Shown here: piece after piece, positions 8,229-18,173 of the stretch
Position numbering within the stretch: the first letter of the stretch is position 1
How the letters are laid out: each line of letters opens with the position of its first letter
NCBI GenBank assembly: GCA_964489145.1
Contig: CAZAXL010000002.1
Location: 2,992 to 66,991, forward strand
Source of the DNA: an uncultured Gammaproteobacteria bacterium
GTDB taxonomy: Bacteria > Patescibacteriota > Microgenomatia > UBA8517
Direction: 5' to 3'
DNA length: 64,000 bases
Program-made: the position numbers and the translations under genes
The notes under the pieces: generated by a model
Database searches by the model: none
What the model was told of the DNA's origin: nothing
Seen by the model: the letters and a program-made list of their open reading frames with translations, nothing else

Positions 8229-10037
8229 ATGAGTACAGATGAGATTAGGGAAAAATATCTAGATTTCTTTAAAAAGAAGGGACATATAGAAATTACCCCA
8301 TCTCCACTGGTCATCGATTCGGATCCAACAACCTTGTTTACAAGTAGTGGAATGCAGCAGCTTGCCCCTTATCTCAAAGGCGAGAAACATTCGAAAGGAA
8401 AAAGGCTTGTTGATATTCAACCGTCTATTCGTATGCAGGATCTTGATGAAGTTGCAGACAATCGTCATTTTAGTTTTTTCGAAATGTTGGGCAACTGGAG
8501 TCTTGGAGACTATTTTAAAAAAGATCAACTCGATTTTGTTTGGGAATTTTATACAAAAGAGTTGGGATTACCCCCAGAGAAGCTTTATGTCAGTGTTTTT
8601 GGTGGAGGCGGAGGTGTTTCTAAAGATACGGAATCTTTTGAAATTTGGAAGAAAATTGGAGTTCCCGAGAGCCATATTCATTTTTATGATGCCGAAAAAA
8701 ATTGGTGGAGCCGTGCCGGAACTCCTGATCAAATGCCTCCAGAAGAAATTGGCGGACCGGATAGTGAGATTTTTTATGAGTTCGATTCGGTTGATCACCG
8801 GTCTGAATTTGGGAAATTTTGCCACCCTAATTGCGACTGCGGAAAATTTTTAGAAATCGGAAACTCGGTTTTTATGCAGTACCAAAAAACTGAAAACGGG
8901 GAATTAATTGAATTACCTCAAAAAAATGTTGATTTTGGCGGCGGTCTTGAAAGAATCGCAGCCGCGATTCTTGACGATCCCGATGTTTTTCATATAGACA
9001 TGTTCTCCGGTATCATAAAAAAAATTGAAAAAGAAACAGGAATTGAGTACAACTCGGATCCCATAAAAGATAAAAGCTTTCGTATTATTGCCGATCATTT
9101 GAGAACGTCCGTGAACTTACTTAGTGAAGGTGTAATTTCGGGAAGTAAACTTCATGGCTATGCTCTTAGAAGATTAATTCGAAGGTCAATGTTCCATTTT
9201 CATCTCTTGGGAAGCGGAATTTCAGGTGGAGCGATTTCCCATATGGCGGAGGACTATAGAAGGTTTTATCCGAATGTTGATAAGAACTGGGAGCTTGTTG
9301 AGGAAAACTTAACCTCAGAGGCTACCCGTTTTGAAGCTGCTCTTAAAAGAGGTTTGGCAAAGCTGACAAAAGCTGTTTCCGAAGGGAAAATGATAAACGG
9401 CGAATTTGCTTTTGATATTTACCAGACGGAAGGGTTTCCGTTGGAACTTACAATGGAAATTCTTAAGCAGAATGGAATTGTGTTTTCAACTGAAGAGAAA
9501 AACGCTTTTGAATCTGAATTTGAAAAGCACAAAGAGTCATCACGTAGTGCTTCGGCGGGGATGTTTAAAGGCGGTCTTGCCGAGGCGTCTATTGTTACAA
9601 CAAAACTTCATACCGCAACCCACCTTCTACATGCTGCTCTAAGACAGGTTTTGGGAGAACATGTTGGACAAAAGGGAAGCCATATTACATCAGAGCGCCT
9701 GCGTTTTGACTTCTCCCATGCACAAAAACTCACAGATGAAGAAATCGATAAAATTGAAGGTTTAATTAACCTTAAGATCAAAGAAGATTTACAGGTTACA
9801 CTTAAAGTCATGAGTTTAGATCAGGCAATTGAAGAGGGGGCAATGCATTTTTTTGCGGAAAAGTATGGCAATGAAGTTAAGGTTTATACAATTGGAGATC
9901 CGAATGGAATTTGGTTTTCAAAAGAAGTGTGCGGAGGTCCCCATGTAGACCACACAGGAAAGATTGGTGGTGTTAAAATAACTAAACAGGAAAAAATCGG
10001 ATCCGGAATTATAAGAATATATGCTACATTAGGATAG
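8229..10037 (+). CDS. alaS: Alanine--tRNA ligase, compact form lacking the C-terminal C-Ala domain
   Basis: Class II catalytic-core motifs (FTSSGMQQ, FFEMLGNWSLGDYFK) and editing-domain H-x3-H and CGGPH motifs are present. It ends at 602 aa. Confidence 0.9.
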   Translation: MSTDEIREKYLDFFKKKGHIEITPSPLVIDSDPTTLFTSSGMQQLAPYLKGEKHSKGKRLVDIQPSIRMQDLDEVADNRHFSFFEMLGNWSLGDYFKKDQLDFVWEFYTKELGLPPEKLYVSVFGGGGGVSKDTESFEIWKKIGVPESHIHFYDAEKNWWSRAGTPDQMPPEEIGGPDSEIFYEFDSVDHRSEFGKFCHPNCDCGKFLEIGNSVFMQYQKTENGELIELPQKNVDFGGGLERIAAAILDDPDVFHIDMFSGIIKKIEKETGIEYNSDPIKDKSFRIIADHLRTSVNLLSEGVISGSKLHGYALRRLIRRSMFHFHLLGSGISGGAISHMAEDYRRFYPNVDKNWELVEENLTSEATRFEAALKRGLAKLTKAVSEGKMINGEFAFDIYQTEGFPLELTMEILKQNGIVFSTEEKNAFESEFEKHKESSRSASAGMFKGGLAEASIVTTKLHTATHLLHAALRQVLGEHVGQKGSHITSERLRFDFSHAQKLTDEEIDKIEGLINLKIKEDLQVTLKVMSLDQAIEEGAMHFFAEKYGNEVKVYTIGDPNGIWFSKEVCGGPHVDHTGKIGGVKITKQEKIGSGIIRIYATLG

Positions 10038-10040
10038 GTT

Positions 10041-10066
10041 GTGAGATGTGAGTAGTGCGATCTCAC
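10041..10066 (+). terminator. Hairpin downstream of alaS (GTGAGAT-12 nt loop-ATCTCAC) with no immediate U-tract
   Basis: A 7-bp inverted repeat lies 4 nt after the alaS stop. Confidence 0.3.
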
Positions 10067-10097
10067 TACACACCACTGACTACCTACCCCATTTTCT

Positions 10098-12314
10098 ATG
10101 AACTTAAAAGATTTTTTAATAAATAAAGATAGTCACCCGGAACTTTTTTGGGCGCTTGTTATAGAGGAAGGGTTGGTACAATCTGGTATTTGGTATATAG
10201 GAGATGCCACTGCTGAAGTTGTCAGTATAGGCGCAGGTATTCCCTGGGAAAGCGAAGAAGAACTGATTGAGGCAACCGACGCCGCTCTTTCCTCTGCAAT
10301 CCAGAAACTTCCTGAAAATTATCCGGAACCTCAAAAAACCGTTTTTGGAGTTTCGACTTCTTGGGTAAAAGAAGGTGAAATTTCACCGGAGAATTTAGGA
10401 AAAATTAAAAAGCTTTGTGCAGAGCTTTCTTTAACGCCAGTAGGTTTTGTAGTTTTACCGGAGGCAATTGCCCATCTTTATAAATCTGAAGAAGGGGCTC
10501 CCCTGAACGCAATTGTTCTTAAATCGGGTGACGATAACCTTGAACTTTCGGTGTTCAAATTAGGAAGTCTTGTAGGAACGACCGAAGTTTCAAGGAGCGT
10601 TTCCTTGGTTGATGATGTTGTTGAGGGTCTTTCCAGATTTGACGGAGTAGCACCTCTGCCTACACGATTTATTGTCTATGACGGTAAGGAAGGGGATTTG
10701 GAGGAGACAAAACAAATTTTAATTCAAGCCAGCTGGAGTGAAGGGAAAATAAACTTTTTACATACTCCACAGGTCGAAATATTAAGCACGGATGGAAAAG
10801 TTTTAGCAACTGCTTTGGCTGGCGGAGCTGAAATTGGAGAAGTGACGGCTGTTGTAAGCGGTCAGGATGATGAGGAAAATGAATTAGCCGAAAAGGAAAA
10901 TCCCGAAAAAGGGGTCAGTGAAGAACCAAAGCCAATTCTGGCCGAAAATTTGGGGTTTGCGGTTGGAACGGATGTTTCTTCAATGAAAAAAGAGGATGTC
11001 CAGAATGTTGTTCCGATTGAAGCATCCGGTCCGGTGGTGCCACAACCCGTCCCATCCCAGATGACTAATATTGGTACATCAAATCCAATGAGAATAGCAG
11101 GAGATTATCTATCCAGGTCCAAAAATTTATTTCATTCTTTTTCGGCAAAAATTTTCCCCAAGTCAATCCCCGGTGCTCCCAGTAAAAATAAAACTTTAGT
11201 TGCAGTTTTGGCCATATTGGGGTTATTGATCCTTGTCGTCGGGATTTTGTGGTGGTTTGTGCAAACAGCTAAAATAACAATCTTTGTTGCGCCAAAAAGA
11301 ACTGAAGAAAATGTGCAAATTTCGTTTAGCACAGATGGACAATTTGATGCGGCAGCCGGGGTTCTTCCGGCCAAAGTTCTGACCGATCAGGTTTCAGGAG
11401 AAAAGACAAAATCAACAACGGGTACAAAGCTTATCGGAAATAAAGCGACTGGGAGCGTACAAATTGCCAATGGAAACGGAGCAGCAATAAATTTGGCGGC
11501 AGGAACGGTCCTAACTTCTTCTTCGGGTTTTAAATTTGTAACAAGTTCGGAGGCATCTGTATCAGGACAACTTTTACCCGGTTCTCCCGGAACAGCAACG
11601 GTAAATGTATCATCAGTCGATATTGGTTCCCAATACAACCTAGCTAAGGGTGAAGTTTTCAGCGTTGGAAATTATTCCAAAGCTCTGGTTGCTGCAACCT
11701 CTACGGGAGATTTTAGCGGAGGAAGCAGTCAACAAATTTCTGCAGTGGGGCAGGATGATCAAACGAGCCTGGAAACTGATCTTAAAAGTGAACTTGGTCA
11801 AAGCGTGAAGTCTAATTTGTTGGCAAAAATAACAGAGGAATATATTTTCATAACTGATTTGGCGGTACTTGAAACCACAAGTGAAAATTTTGATCACAAA
11901 ATAGGAGACCCGGCCGATAACCTTAAACTTTCATTGTCTCTAAGCGCAACAGGGCTTGCTGCCGACAGAGCTAAACTTTTAGAATATGCTAAGGGTGTTC
12001 TTGCCGGCAAAGCTCCGTCCGGATATACACTTTCCGAAGATCAGATAAATTTCAAATTTACTCTTGCCGGTAGTGATACAGGCGGCAGATATACATATGA
12101 TGTCGTTGTTGGAGGCAACTTTCTACCGGAAGTTGATAAAGAAAAAATTAAAAGTGTAATTCTGGGAAAAACCGCAACCGTCGCCACAGATTACTTAAAT
12201 TCGATTCCCGGATTTGACCATGCAGATGTGCTTTTACAGATAAAATTCCCGGATCCTTTAAAAACTATCCCCAGGATTGCGAAAAATATTTCGATAGACG
12301 TTAAACCCGAATAA
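10098..12314 (+). CDS. Large bitopic membrane protein: ~355-aa cytoplasmic N-domain, one TM helix, ~350-aa Gly/Ser/Thr-rich extracellular domain
   Basis: 738-aa ORF with a single TM helix (LVAVLAILGLLILVVGILWWF) at ~aa 357-380. The N-terminal domain has actin-like/FtsA-PilM-like character. No LPXTG motif. Confidence 0.6.
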   Translation: MNLKDFLINKDSHPELFWALVIEEGLVQSGIWYIGDATAEVVSIGAGIPWESEEELIEATDAALSSAIQKLPENYPEPQKTVFGVSTSWVKEGEISPENLGKIKKLCAELSLTPVGFVVLPEAIAHLYKSEEGAPLNAIVLKSGDDNLELSVFKLGSLVGTTEVSRSVSLVDDVVEGLSRFDGVAPLPTRFIVYDGKEGDLEETKQILIQASWSEGKINFLHTPQVEILSTDGKVLATALAGGAEIGEVTAVVSGQDDEENELAEKENPEKGVSEEPKPILAENLGFAVGTDVSSMKKEDVQNVVPIEASGPVVPQPVPSQMTNIGTSNPMRIAGDYLSRSKNLFHSFSAKIFPKSIPGAPSKNKTLVAVLAILGLLILVVGILWWFVQTAKITIFVAPKRTEENVQISFSTDGQFDAAAGVLPAKVLTDQVSGEKTKSTTGTKLIGNKATGSVQIANGNGAAINLAAGTVLTSSSGFKFVTSSEASVSGQLLPGSPGTATVNVSSVDIGSQYNLAKGEVFSVGNYSKALVAATSTGDFSGGSSQQISAVGQDDQTSLETDLKSELGQSVKSNLLAKITEEYIFITDLAVLETTSENFDHKIGDPADNLKLSLSLSATGLAADRAKLLEYAKGVLAGKAPSGYTLSEDQINFKFTLAGSDTGGRYTYDVVVGGNFLPEVDKEKIKSVILGKTATVATDYLNSIPGFDHADVLLQIKFPDPLKTIPRIAKNISIDVKPE

Positions 12315-12336
12315 TTTCCCTGTTTATATAGTAGAA

Positions 12337-13038
12337 TTGATCAACATGACTCAGAAAATGGTTTTACGTCTATCTGCCCTTATCTCAGGAATTTCGGGGA
12401 TAATTATTTTAGTGGGGGTTATCTATCCGATTGCCAGTTACAATGCGGTTTATTCCAAAAATTATACGAAGTTTATTTCGCCACTAGCCGATCCGGGAAG
12501 TCAGGTTCAGGAAGTGTTAACAAATTCAACCAAAGGGGAGTTTGATAATACAAAAGCCAGTAATTGGTTTACCGGGGGTGCTTCCCAAGAAGATTTTTCT
12601 GCCGAGGAAGTTTCTTACTACACAATTTCCATTCCGAAACTAAGAATCGACTCGGCTACGGTTGCAATTGGAGGGGAAGATCTTTCCAAAAGCCTGATTC
12701 AATATCCTGGTACGGCACTGCCAGGTAAACGCGGGAATGCCGTAATTTTTGGACATTCCATTCTGCCAATTTTTAATAATCCCAAAAACTATATTTCGAT
12801 TTTTACAATGCTTCCAACTTTGAAAAAGGGAGACCTTGTATTTATAAATTATGATGATGTCTCCTATACTTACAAAGTTGAGGAAATGTTTGAAGTGCTC
12901 CCCACTGATATCCAGGTTTTAGATCAGAATTCGAGTGATTCGTTTATAACTCTAGTTACCTGCATCCCGCCGGGAGATCCAAGATATCCGAAGAGATTAA
13001 TTGTTAGGGCAAGAATAGTGCCACCGGATCAAAATTAA
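12337..13038 (+). CDS. Sortase-family transpeptidase
   Basis: N-terminal TM anchor, catalytic His (IFGHSI), TLVTC active-site Cys motif and a conserved Arg (RLIVRARI). Confidence 0.8.
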   Translation: MINMTQKMVLRLSALISGISGIIILVGVIYPIASYNAVYSKNYTKFISPLADPGSQVQEVLTNSTKGEFDNTKASNWFTGGASQEDFSAEEVSYYTISIPKLRIDSATVAIGGEDLSKSLIQYPGTALPGKRGNAVIFGHSILPIFNNPKNYISIFTMLPTLKKGDLVFINYDDVSYTYKVEEMFEVLPTDIQVLDQNSSDSFITLVTCIPPGDPRYPKRLIVRARIVPPDQN

Positions 13039-13039
13039 T

Positions 13040-13420
13040 ATGAAGATATTGGGAATCGATTACGGAAGAAGTAAGATGGGTCTAGCTATTGCTAATGGGC
13101 CTCTGTCGGAGCCACTTCAAGTAATTCGATACTCGGATACTAAGATACTCGTGGAAAAACTGCAAAAAATAATTAAAGATAATGATATCGAAAAAATTGT
13201 GGTGGGAGTTTCAGAGGGTAAAATTGGAGAGGAGTCTAAAAAGTTTGCTTCTTCTATTCAGCCATTAATCCAATCAACCATTATTCTGGCCGATGAGACA
13301 CTTTCCACGCAGGACGCCCAAAGAATGAGTCGAGAAGCCGGCATTTCTCAAAAAAAGCGCCATGAAATGGAAGATGCCTACGCTGCCTGCATAATGCTTC
13401 AGAACTATCTGGACAACTAA
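13040..13420 (+). CDS. ruvX: Putative pre-16S rRNA nuclease / Holliday-junction resolvase-like YqgF
   Basis: MKILGIDYGRSKMGLAIAN at the N-terminus; RNase H-like YqgF fold motifs; 126 aa. Confidence 0.8.
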   Translation: MKILGIDYGRSKMGLAIANGPLSEPLQVIRYSDTKILVEKLQKIIKDNDIEKIVVGVSEGKIGEESKKFASSIQPLIQSTIILADETLSTQDAQRMSREAGISQKKRHEMEDAYAACIMLQNYLDN

Positions 13421-13422
13421 CC

Positions 13423-13662
13423 TTGACTGGTCGATTTTCATGGTATACTTTAGTAAGAATGTTTAAAAGTATTATTGCTCCGATGCAGGCTTGGCTCCTT
13501 TCTCAGGGAAGATGTGTCGGTTGTGGAACCCCCCTTACTGAGGGAAAGAAAAAAGGGACGAAGTATGGTGAACAAGTAACCTGCATCAAGTGTGGGAGAA
13601 TTTTTATTCATGACCTCAAAATTGATAAATATAGAAGAGCGCTTCTTGAAGAAGTTGATTAA
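13423..13662 (+). CDS. Small C4 zinc-ribbon protein
   Basis: CVGC...CIKC motif; 79 aa; tightly packed between ruvX and mltG. Confidence 0.5.
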   Translation: MTGRFSWYTLVRMFKSIIAPMQAWLLSQGRCVGCGTPLTEGKKKGTKYGEQVTCIKCGRIFIHDLKIDKYRRALLEEVD

Positions 13663-13674
13663 TTTACTCTTTTT

Positions 13675-14625
13675 ATGAAAAAGTTGCTACTTTTACCGCT
13701 TTTTCTGATTATTATTGCAGCCGCAGGAGTTTTTTGGTTTTATAAAAATTCAGAAGCCCCCTCCACTACGGAAAAATTCAGTTATTTTATTATTGCCAAG
13801 GGATCGTCAGCTTCACAAATCGGAAGTAAACTTGAATCCGCAGGATTCATAAAAAGTGCTTTGGCTTTTAAGCTTTATATGCAATTTACGGGACAATCCG
13901 GAAGACTTCAAACAGGAGAGTTCAGACTAACTCCTTCATATTCTCTTTTCCAGATGGCTGATACGCTTTTCAAAGGTCCGGTTGAGCTTTGGGTAACAAT
14001 CCCGGAAGGCCTAAGGCGTGAGGAGATTGCTCAAAAATTTGCGGCAACTTTAAATAAAGATGACTCTTTTATTACAGATTTTTTGCAAGTGTCAAAGGGG
14101 GAAGAAGGATATCTTTTTCCTGACACCTATTTGTTTCCAAGGGACGTCACGGCGGTTGCTGTTACTGAAAAACTTACGAATACTTTTGCTTCAAAAACCC
14201 AAAATCTGAAAAACAATTCAGGGCTCACGTTTGACCAGGTAATTATCCTGGCATCTCTTCTTGAGCGGGAAACAAAAACCGATGAGGAACGTCCGACTGT
14301 TGCGGGAATTCTCATTAAAAGATTAAATTCTGGTTGGCCTATTCAAATTGATGCCGCGGTACAATATGCAGTAGGCACTTATAAGGATTGGTGGCCCATT
14401 CTTACACTCGACAATTTATCGATAAAATCACCATATAATACCTATAAAAATCAGGGACTTCCACCGACACCAATTGCCAGCCCGGGACTTTCTTCTATAA
14501 AAGCTGCTCTTAACCCTACGGAGAGTGATTATTGGTACTATATTCACGATGAGAAGGGACTAATTCACTATGCCAAAACACTTGAGGAACACAATGCCAA
14601 TATTGCTAAATATTTAGGCAAATAA
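13675..14625 (+). CDS. mltG: Endolytic murein transglycosylase MltG (YceG family)
   Basis: N-terminal TM helix and YceG signature (YNTYKNQGLPPTPIASPG). Confidence 0.85.
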   Translation: MKKLLLLPLFLIIIAAAGVFWFYKNSEAPSTTEKFSYFIIAKGSSASQIGSKLESAGFIKSALAFKLYMQFTGQSGRLQTGEFRLTPSYSLFQMADTLFKGPVELWVTIPEGLRREEIAQKFAATLNKDDSFITDFLQVSKGEEGYLFPDTYLFPRDVTAVAVTEKLTNTFASKTQNLKNNSGLTFDQVIILASLLERETKTDEERPTVAGILIKRLNSGWPIQIDAAVQYAVGTYKDWWPILTLDNLSIKSPYNTYKNQGLPPTPIASPGLSSIKAALNPTESDYWYYIHDEKGLIHYAKTLEEHNANIAKYLGK

Positions 14626-14639
14626 TTGCAAACTGGGTG

Positions 14640-14667
14640 TTGACAACATATATATTCACTATATAAT
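14640..14667 (+). promoter_or_regulatory. Consensus sigma70-type promoter upstream of rpoB (TTGACA, 16-nt spacer, TATAAT)
   Basis: TTGACA at 14640-14645 and TATAAT at 14662-14667. Two hairpins lie in the ~85-nt leader (GCGTAC..GTACGC and CCCGC..GCGGG). Confidence 0.6.
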
Positions 14668-14750
14668 CCCATCTTAGGCGTACATGAATGGTACGCTCGT
14701 CCCGCTTCAATGTTGCGGGCCTTTAGTGTTTTAATAATTACCAAGGAATA

Positions 14751-17700
14751 ATGACAGCTCAAAAATCATCCCGTCGAAATTTTGGTAAAGAAGAAAAAAA
14801 TCTACCAAAAATTAATCTAAGTCAGGTTCAAAAAGAAAGTTGGCAGTGGTTTTTGGGAGAAGGCATTAAAGAAGAGCTGACCACAGTTTCCCCAATCGAT
14901 GATTTTACAGGTAAAAATTGGCAACTTTTCTTGGGCGATCACTCCTTAGGACTTCCTACAACATCCCCCAGATTTGCCCAGAAAAAAGGTGTTACCTTTT
15001 CATCCCCCCTTAAAATCCGTGCGACTTTGATAAACAAGAGAACTGGCCAAGAAGTTACACAGGATGTTTTTTTGGGCGATATTCCTCAAATGACCAACGC
15101 TGGGACATTTATTATCAACGGAATTGAAAGAGCAGTAATTAATCAAATTGTACGTTCCCCGGGAGCTTATTTTTCAGGCGAGCTTGATCCGTCATCCGGT
15201 CGAGTTCTCTACAAAGCCGAGATTCGTCCACTTCACGGAAGTTGGCTTGAGTTTGAGGCCACAAGGGGAGACCTTATTTATGCCAGGATTGACAGGCGCA
15301 GAAAAGTTTTGGCAACAACATTCCTAAGAGCCCTGGGAGTTGAGTCGGATCAGATGATAATAGACGCTTTTAAAGATATAGATCGCGATAAAGACCATAA
15401 ATACATCGCTGCCACTTTAGCCAAAGATTCGACCAAGACACAAGGGGAAGCCTTAATCGAGATTTACAGGAAAATGAGGCCGGGTGAGCCGGCAGTTCTT
15501 GAAAATGCAGAATCTCTTTTTGCTAGTCTGTTTACTGACGGTAGACGCTACGATCTTGGTAAAGTTGGAAGATTTAAGATTAATAAAAAATTAAGTATTA
15601 GCCTACCAAATGAGAAGGCTACTTGGGTACTGACTAGACAAGACGCAGTTGCAGCAGTTTCCTATCTCATTGGTTTGCAAAACGGAGTAGGAAAGCTTGA
15701 TGATATCGACCATCTTAGTAATCGCAGATTGAGGCGTGTTGGAGAACTTGTTGCGGTGAACGCTTTCAGGGTTGGACTTTTGAGGCTTGAGCGAAGCGTT
15801 AAAGAAAAAATGAGCTTAATTTCACCAGACGATAGACCTCTTCCGGCCACTCTAATAAATGCCAGACCTTTAATTGCATCTTTGAATGAATTCTTCAGGA
15901 GCAATCAATTATCAACAATTTTGGACGACACAAATCCTCTTAGTGAGGTAGACAATCTTCGCCGTGTTTCTGTTTTGGGAACTGGCGGAATCAACAGAGA
16001 AAGAGCAAGTTTTTCAATTCGTGACGTTAATGCATCACAGTACGGAAGAATTGATCCCATCAGGTCCCCCGAAGGACCAAACATCGGACTGGTTACCTAC
16101 CTGGCGCTTTATGCTAAGGTTGACGAATTCGGTTTTATAGAGACTTTATACAAAAAAGTTGAAAAAGTCGGCAAAAAAGCAAGAGTTACGGATGAAATAG
16201 AGTACTTAACTGCTGACGATGAAGAAGATCACTATGTTACCCACTCCGGAGTAAATGTTGATAAAGATGGCTACATTACTGACAAAAGAGTTCCCCTTAG
16301 ATACAAAGGTAAATTTATCGAAGGTGCGGCAAGCTTGGTCGAATACATTGATGTTACTCCAAGGCAGGTGGTTGGCGCATCGGCCTCTCTTATTCCGTTT
16401 TTGGCCAATGATGAGGGTAATAGGGCTCTAATGGGAAGCAATATGCAATGTCAGGCCGTGCCTCTTGTTAATCCGGAATCTCCTATTGTCGGAACCGGAA
16501 TGGAAGGTGAGATTTCTGCCGGAATGCAAAGAGTGATAAGGGCAAAGCACTCAGGAACCGTTGAATTTGCGGATGGAGAAAAAGTTATTGTTAAACTCGA
16601 CAAGAAGATCAGCAATCAGGAACCCGATACGGATGATGTTGAAATTATAGAGAGCGGAAGCCGTGAAGTTTACTATTTAACCAAGTTTAAGCGTACAGCA
16701 CATTCAACTTGTTATAACCAGATAACCAGAACCGAACCCGGGCAAAAAGTTTCTGAAGGAGACCTTTTGGTTGACGGCCCTGCCAGCGAGGACGGAGAAT
16801 TAGGACTCGGGAGAAATCTTACAATTGCATACACAAGCCTTGGAGGCTATGGGTTTGAGGACGCGATTCTTATTTCCGACAGGCTTGTAAAAGACGACCT
16901 TTTAACATCAATCCATATTGAGGAATATGAAGCTGAGGTGGTAGATACCAAGCTTGGGCCGGAAGAGATTACAAACGATATACCCAACGTTTCTGAGGCA
17001 GAACTTGCAAACTTAGCCTCGGATGGAATAGTAATGATTGGTGCTGAAGTCGGACCAAACGATATTTTGGTTGGGAAAATTGCTCCTAAAGGTGAGACGG
17101 AGCTAACTTCGGAAGAAAGACTTCTTAGAGCAATTTTTGGTGAAAAAGCCCGTGAAGTAAGAGACACATCCTTAAGAGTTCCTCACGGAGAGCGTGGAAC
17201 AGTAGTTGATGTTCAGATTCTTGACCGCGATAAGGGCGATGAACTGGGACCGGGGGTAATAAAGAAAGTAATGGTCAGGGTTGCCCAGATAAGAAAAATT
17301 ACCGTCGGAGACAAAGTTGCTGGACGTCACGGCAATAAGGGTGTGGTAAGCAAGATTATGCCTGTTGCAGATATGCCGTATCTTGCTGATGGAACACCTG
17401 TTGATATTCTTATCTCACCCCTTTCCGTCATTTCGCGTATGAATTTGGGACAGCTTATGGAGGCGCATCTTGGCTGGGCTTTGAAATCCGAAGGGATTAA
17501 AGGAGCTCTTCCAGTTTTTGATAAAATTGGTGCGGATGTTATTGCAGAAGAATTAAAGAAAGCAGGTCTTCCGGTTAATGGGAAGACAAGACTTTACGAT
17601 GGCCGCACCGGCGAGGCTTTCCAAGAAGAAACCGTTGTCGGAGTTTCATACATAATGAAGCTTATCCACATGGTTGAAGATAAAACTCATGCCCGTTCAA

Positions 17701-18161
17701 CCGGTCCATACTCTCTTGTTACCCAGCAGCCTCTTGGAGGAAAAGCTCAAATGGGAGGCCAGCGCTTGGGAGAAATGGAGGTTTGGGCACTCGAAGCTCA
17801 CAGAGCAAGCCATACTTTGCAAGAAATGCTCACTATAAAATCGGACGATGTTTTGGGACGTGCTAAAGCGTTTGAGGCCATTGTTAAAGGAACCCAGATT
17901 CCGGAGTCAACAATTCCTGAAAGTTTTAAAGTACTTGTCCGCGAACTTAATTCCTTAGGTCTTGCGATTGATCCCAAAGGTGCGGTTGTTGCCAAAGAAG
18001 TTATTGAAGAAGTTTCCGAAGGTGAGGAACTGGCTAAGGCGGCCGGTGCTGAAATCGTTGCAACGAAAGAGCTGATCGAAGACAAAAGCCCTATAACAGT
18101 TTCTGATGAAACTGATATGTCATCGAAAGATGTCATGGAAGTTGAGGAGGTTGTGATTTAA
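14751..18161 (+). CDS. rpoB: DNA-directed RNA polymerase subunit beta
   Basis: 1136 aa with highly conserved beta-subunit blocks (GDKVAGRHGNKGVVSKI, fork and clamp regions). Confidence 0.98.
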   Translation: MTAQKSSRRNFGKEEKNLPKINLSQVQKESWQWFLGEGIKEELTTVSPIDDFTGKNWQLFLGDHSLGLPTTSPRFAQKKGVTFSSPLKIRATLINKRTGQEVTQDVFLGDIPQMTNAGTFIINGIERAVINQIVRSPGAYFSGELDPSSGRVLYKAEIRPLHGSWLEFEATRGDLIYARIDRRRKVLATTFLRALGVESDQMIIDAFKDIDRDKDHKYIAATLAKDSTKTQGEALIEIYRKMRPGEPAVLENAESLFASLFTDGRRYDLGKVGRFKINKKLSISLPNEKATWVLTRQDAVAAVSYLIGLQNGVGKLDDIDHLSNRRLRRVGELVAVNAFRVGLLRLERSVKEKMSLISPDDRPLPATLINARPLIASLNEFFRSNQLSTILDDTNPLSEVDNLRRVSVLGTGGINRERASFSIRDVNASQYGRIDPIRSPEGPNIGLVTYLALYAKVDEFGFIETLYKKVEKVGKKARVTDEIEYLTADDEEDHYVTHSGVNVDKDGYITDKRVPLRYKGKFIEGAASLVEYIDVTPRQVVGASASLIPFLANDEGNRALMGSNMQCQAVPLVNPESPIVGTGMEGEISAGMQRVIRAKHSGTVEFADGEKVIVKLDKKISNQEPDTDDVEIIESGSREVYYLTKFKRTAHSTCYNQITRTEPGQKVSEGDLLVDGPASEDGELGLGRNLTIAYTSLGGYGFEDAILISDRLVKDDLLTSIHIEEYEAEVVDTKLGPEEITNDIPNVSEAELANLASDGIVMIGAEVGPNDILVGKIAPKGETELTSEERLLRAIFGEKAREVRDTSLRVPHGERGTVVDVQILDRDKGDELGPGVIKKVMVRVAQIRKITVGDKVAGRHGNKGVVSKIMPVADMPYLADGTPVDILISPLSVISRMNLGQLMEAHLGWALKSEGIKGALPVFDKIGADVIAEELKKAGLPVNGKTRLYDGRTGEAFQEETVVGVSYIMKLIHMVEDKTHARSTGPYSLVTQQPLGGKAQMGGQRLGEMEVWALEAHRASHTLQEMLTIKSDDVLGRAKAFEAIVKGTQIPESTIPESFKVLVRELNSLGLAIDPKGAVVAKEVIEEVSEGEELAKAAGAEIVATKELIEDKSPITVSDETDMSSKDVMEVEEVVI

Positions 18162-18173
18162 AATACCAAGATT

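Noticed and set aside
10098-12314. Search for an LPXTG sortase signal in the 738-aa membrane protein
   Set aside because: No LPXTG, LPXTA or LAXTG motif followed by a hydrophobic stretch and basic tail. The protein cannot be called a classical sortase substrate.
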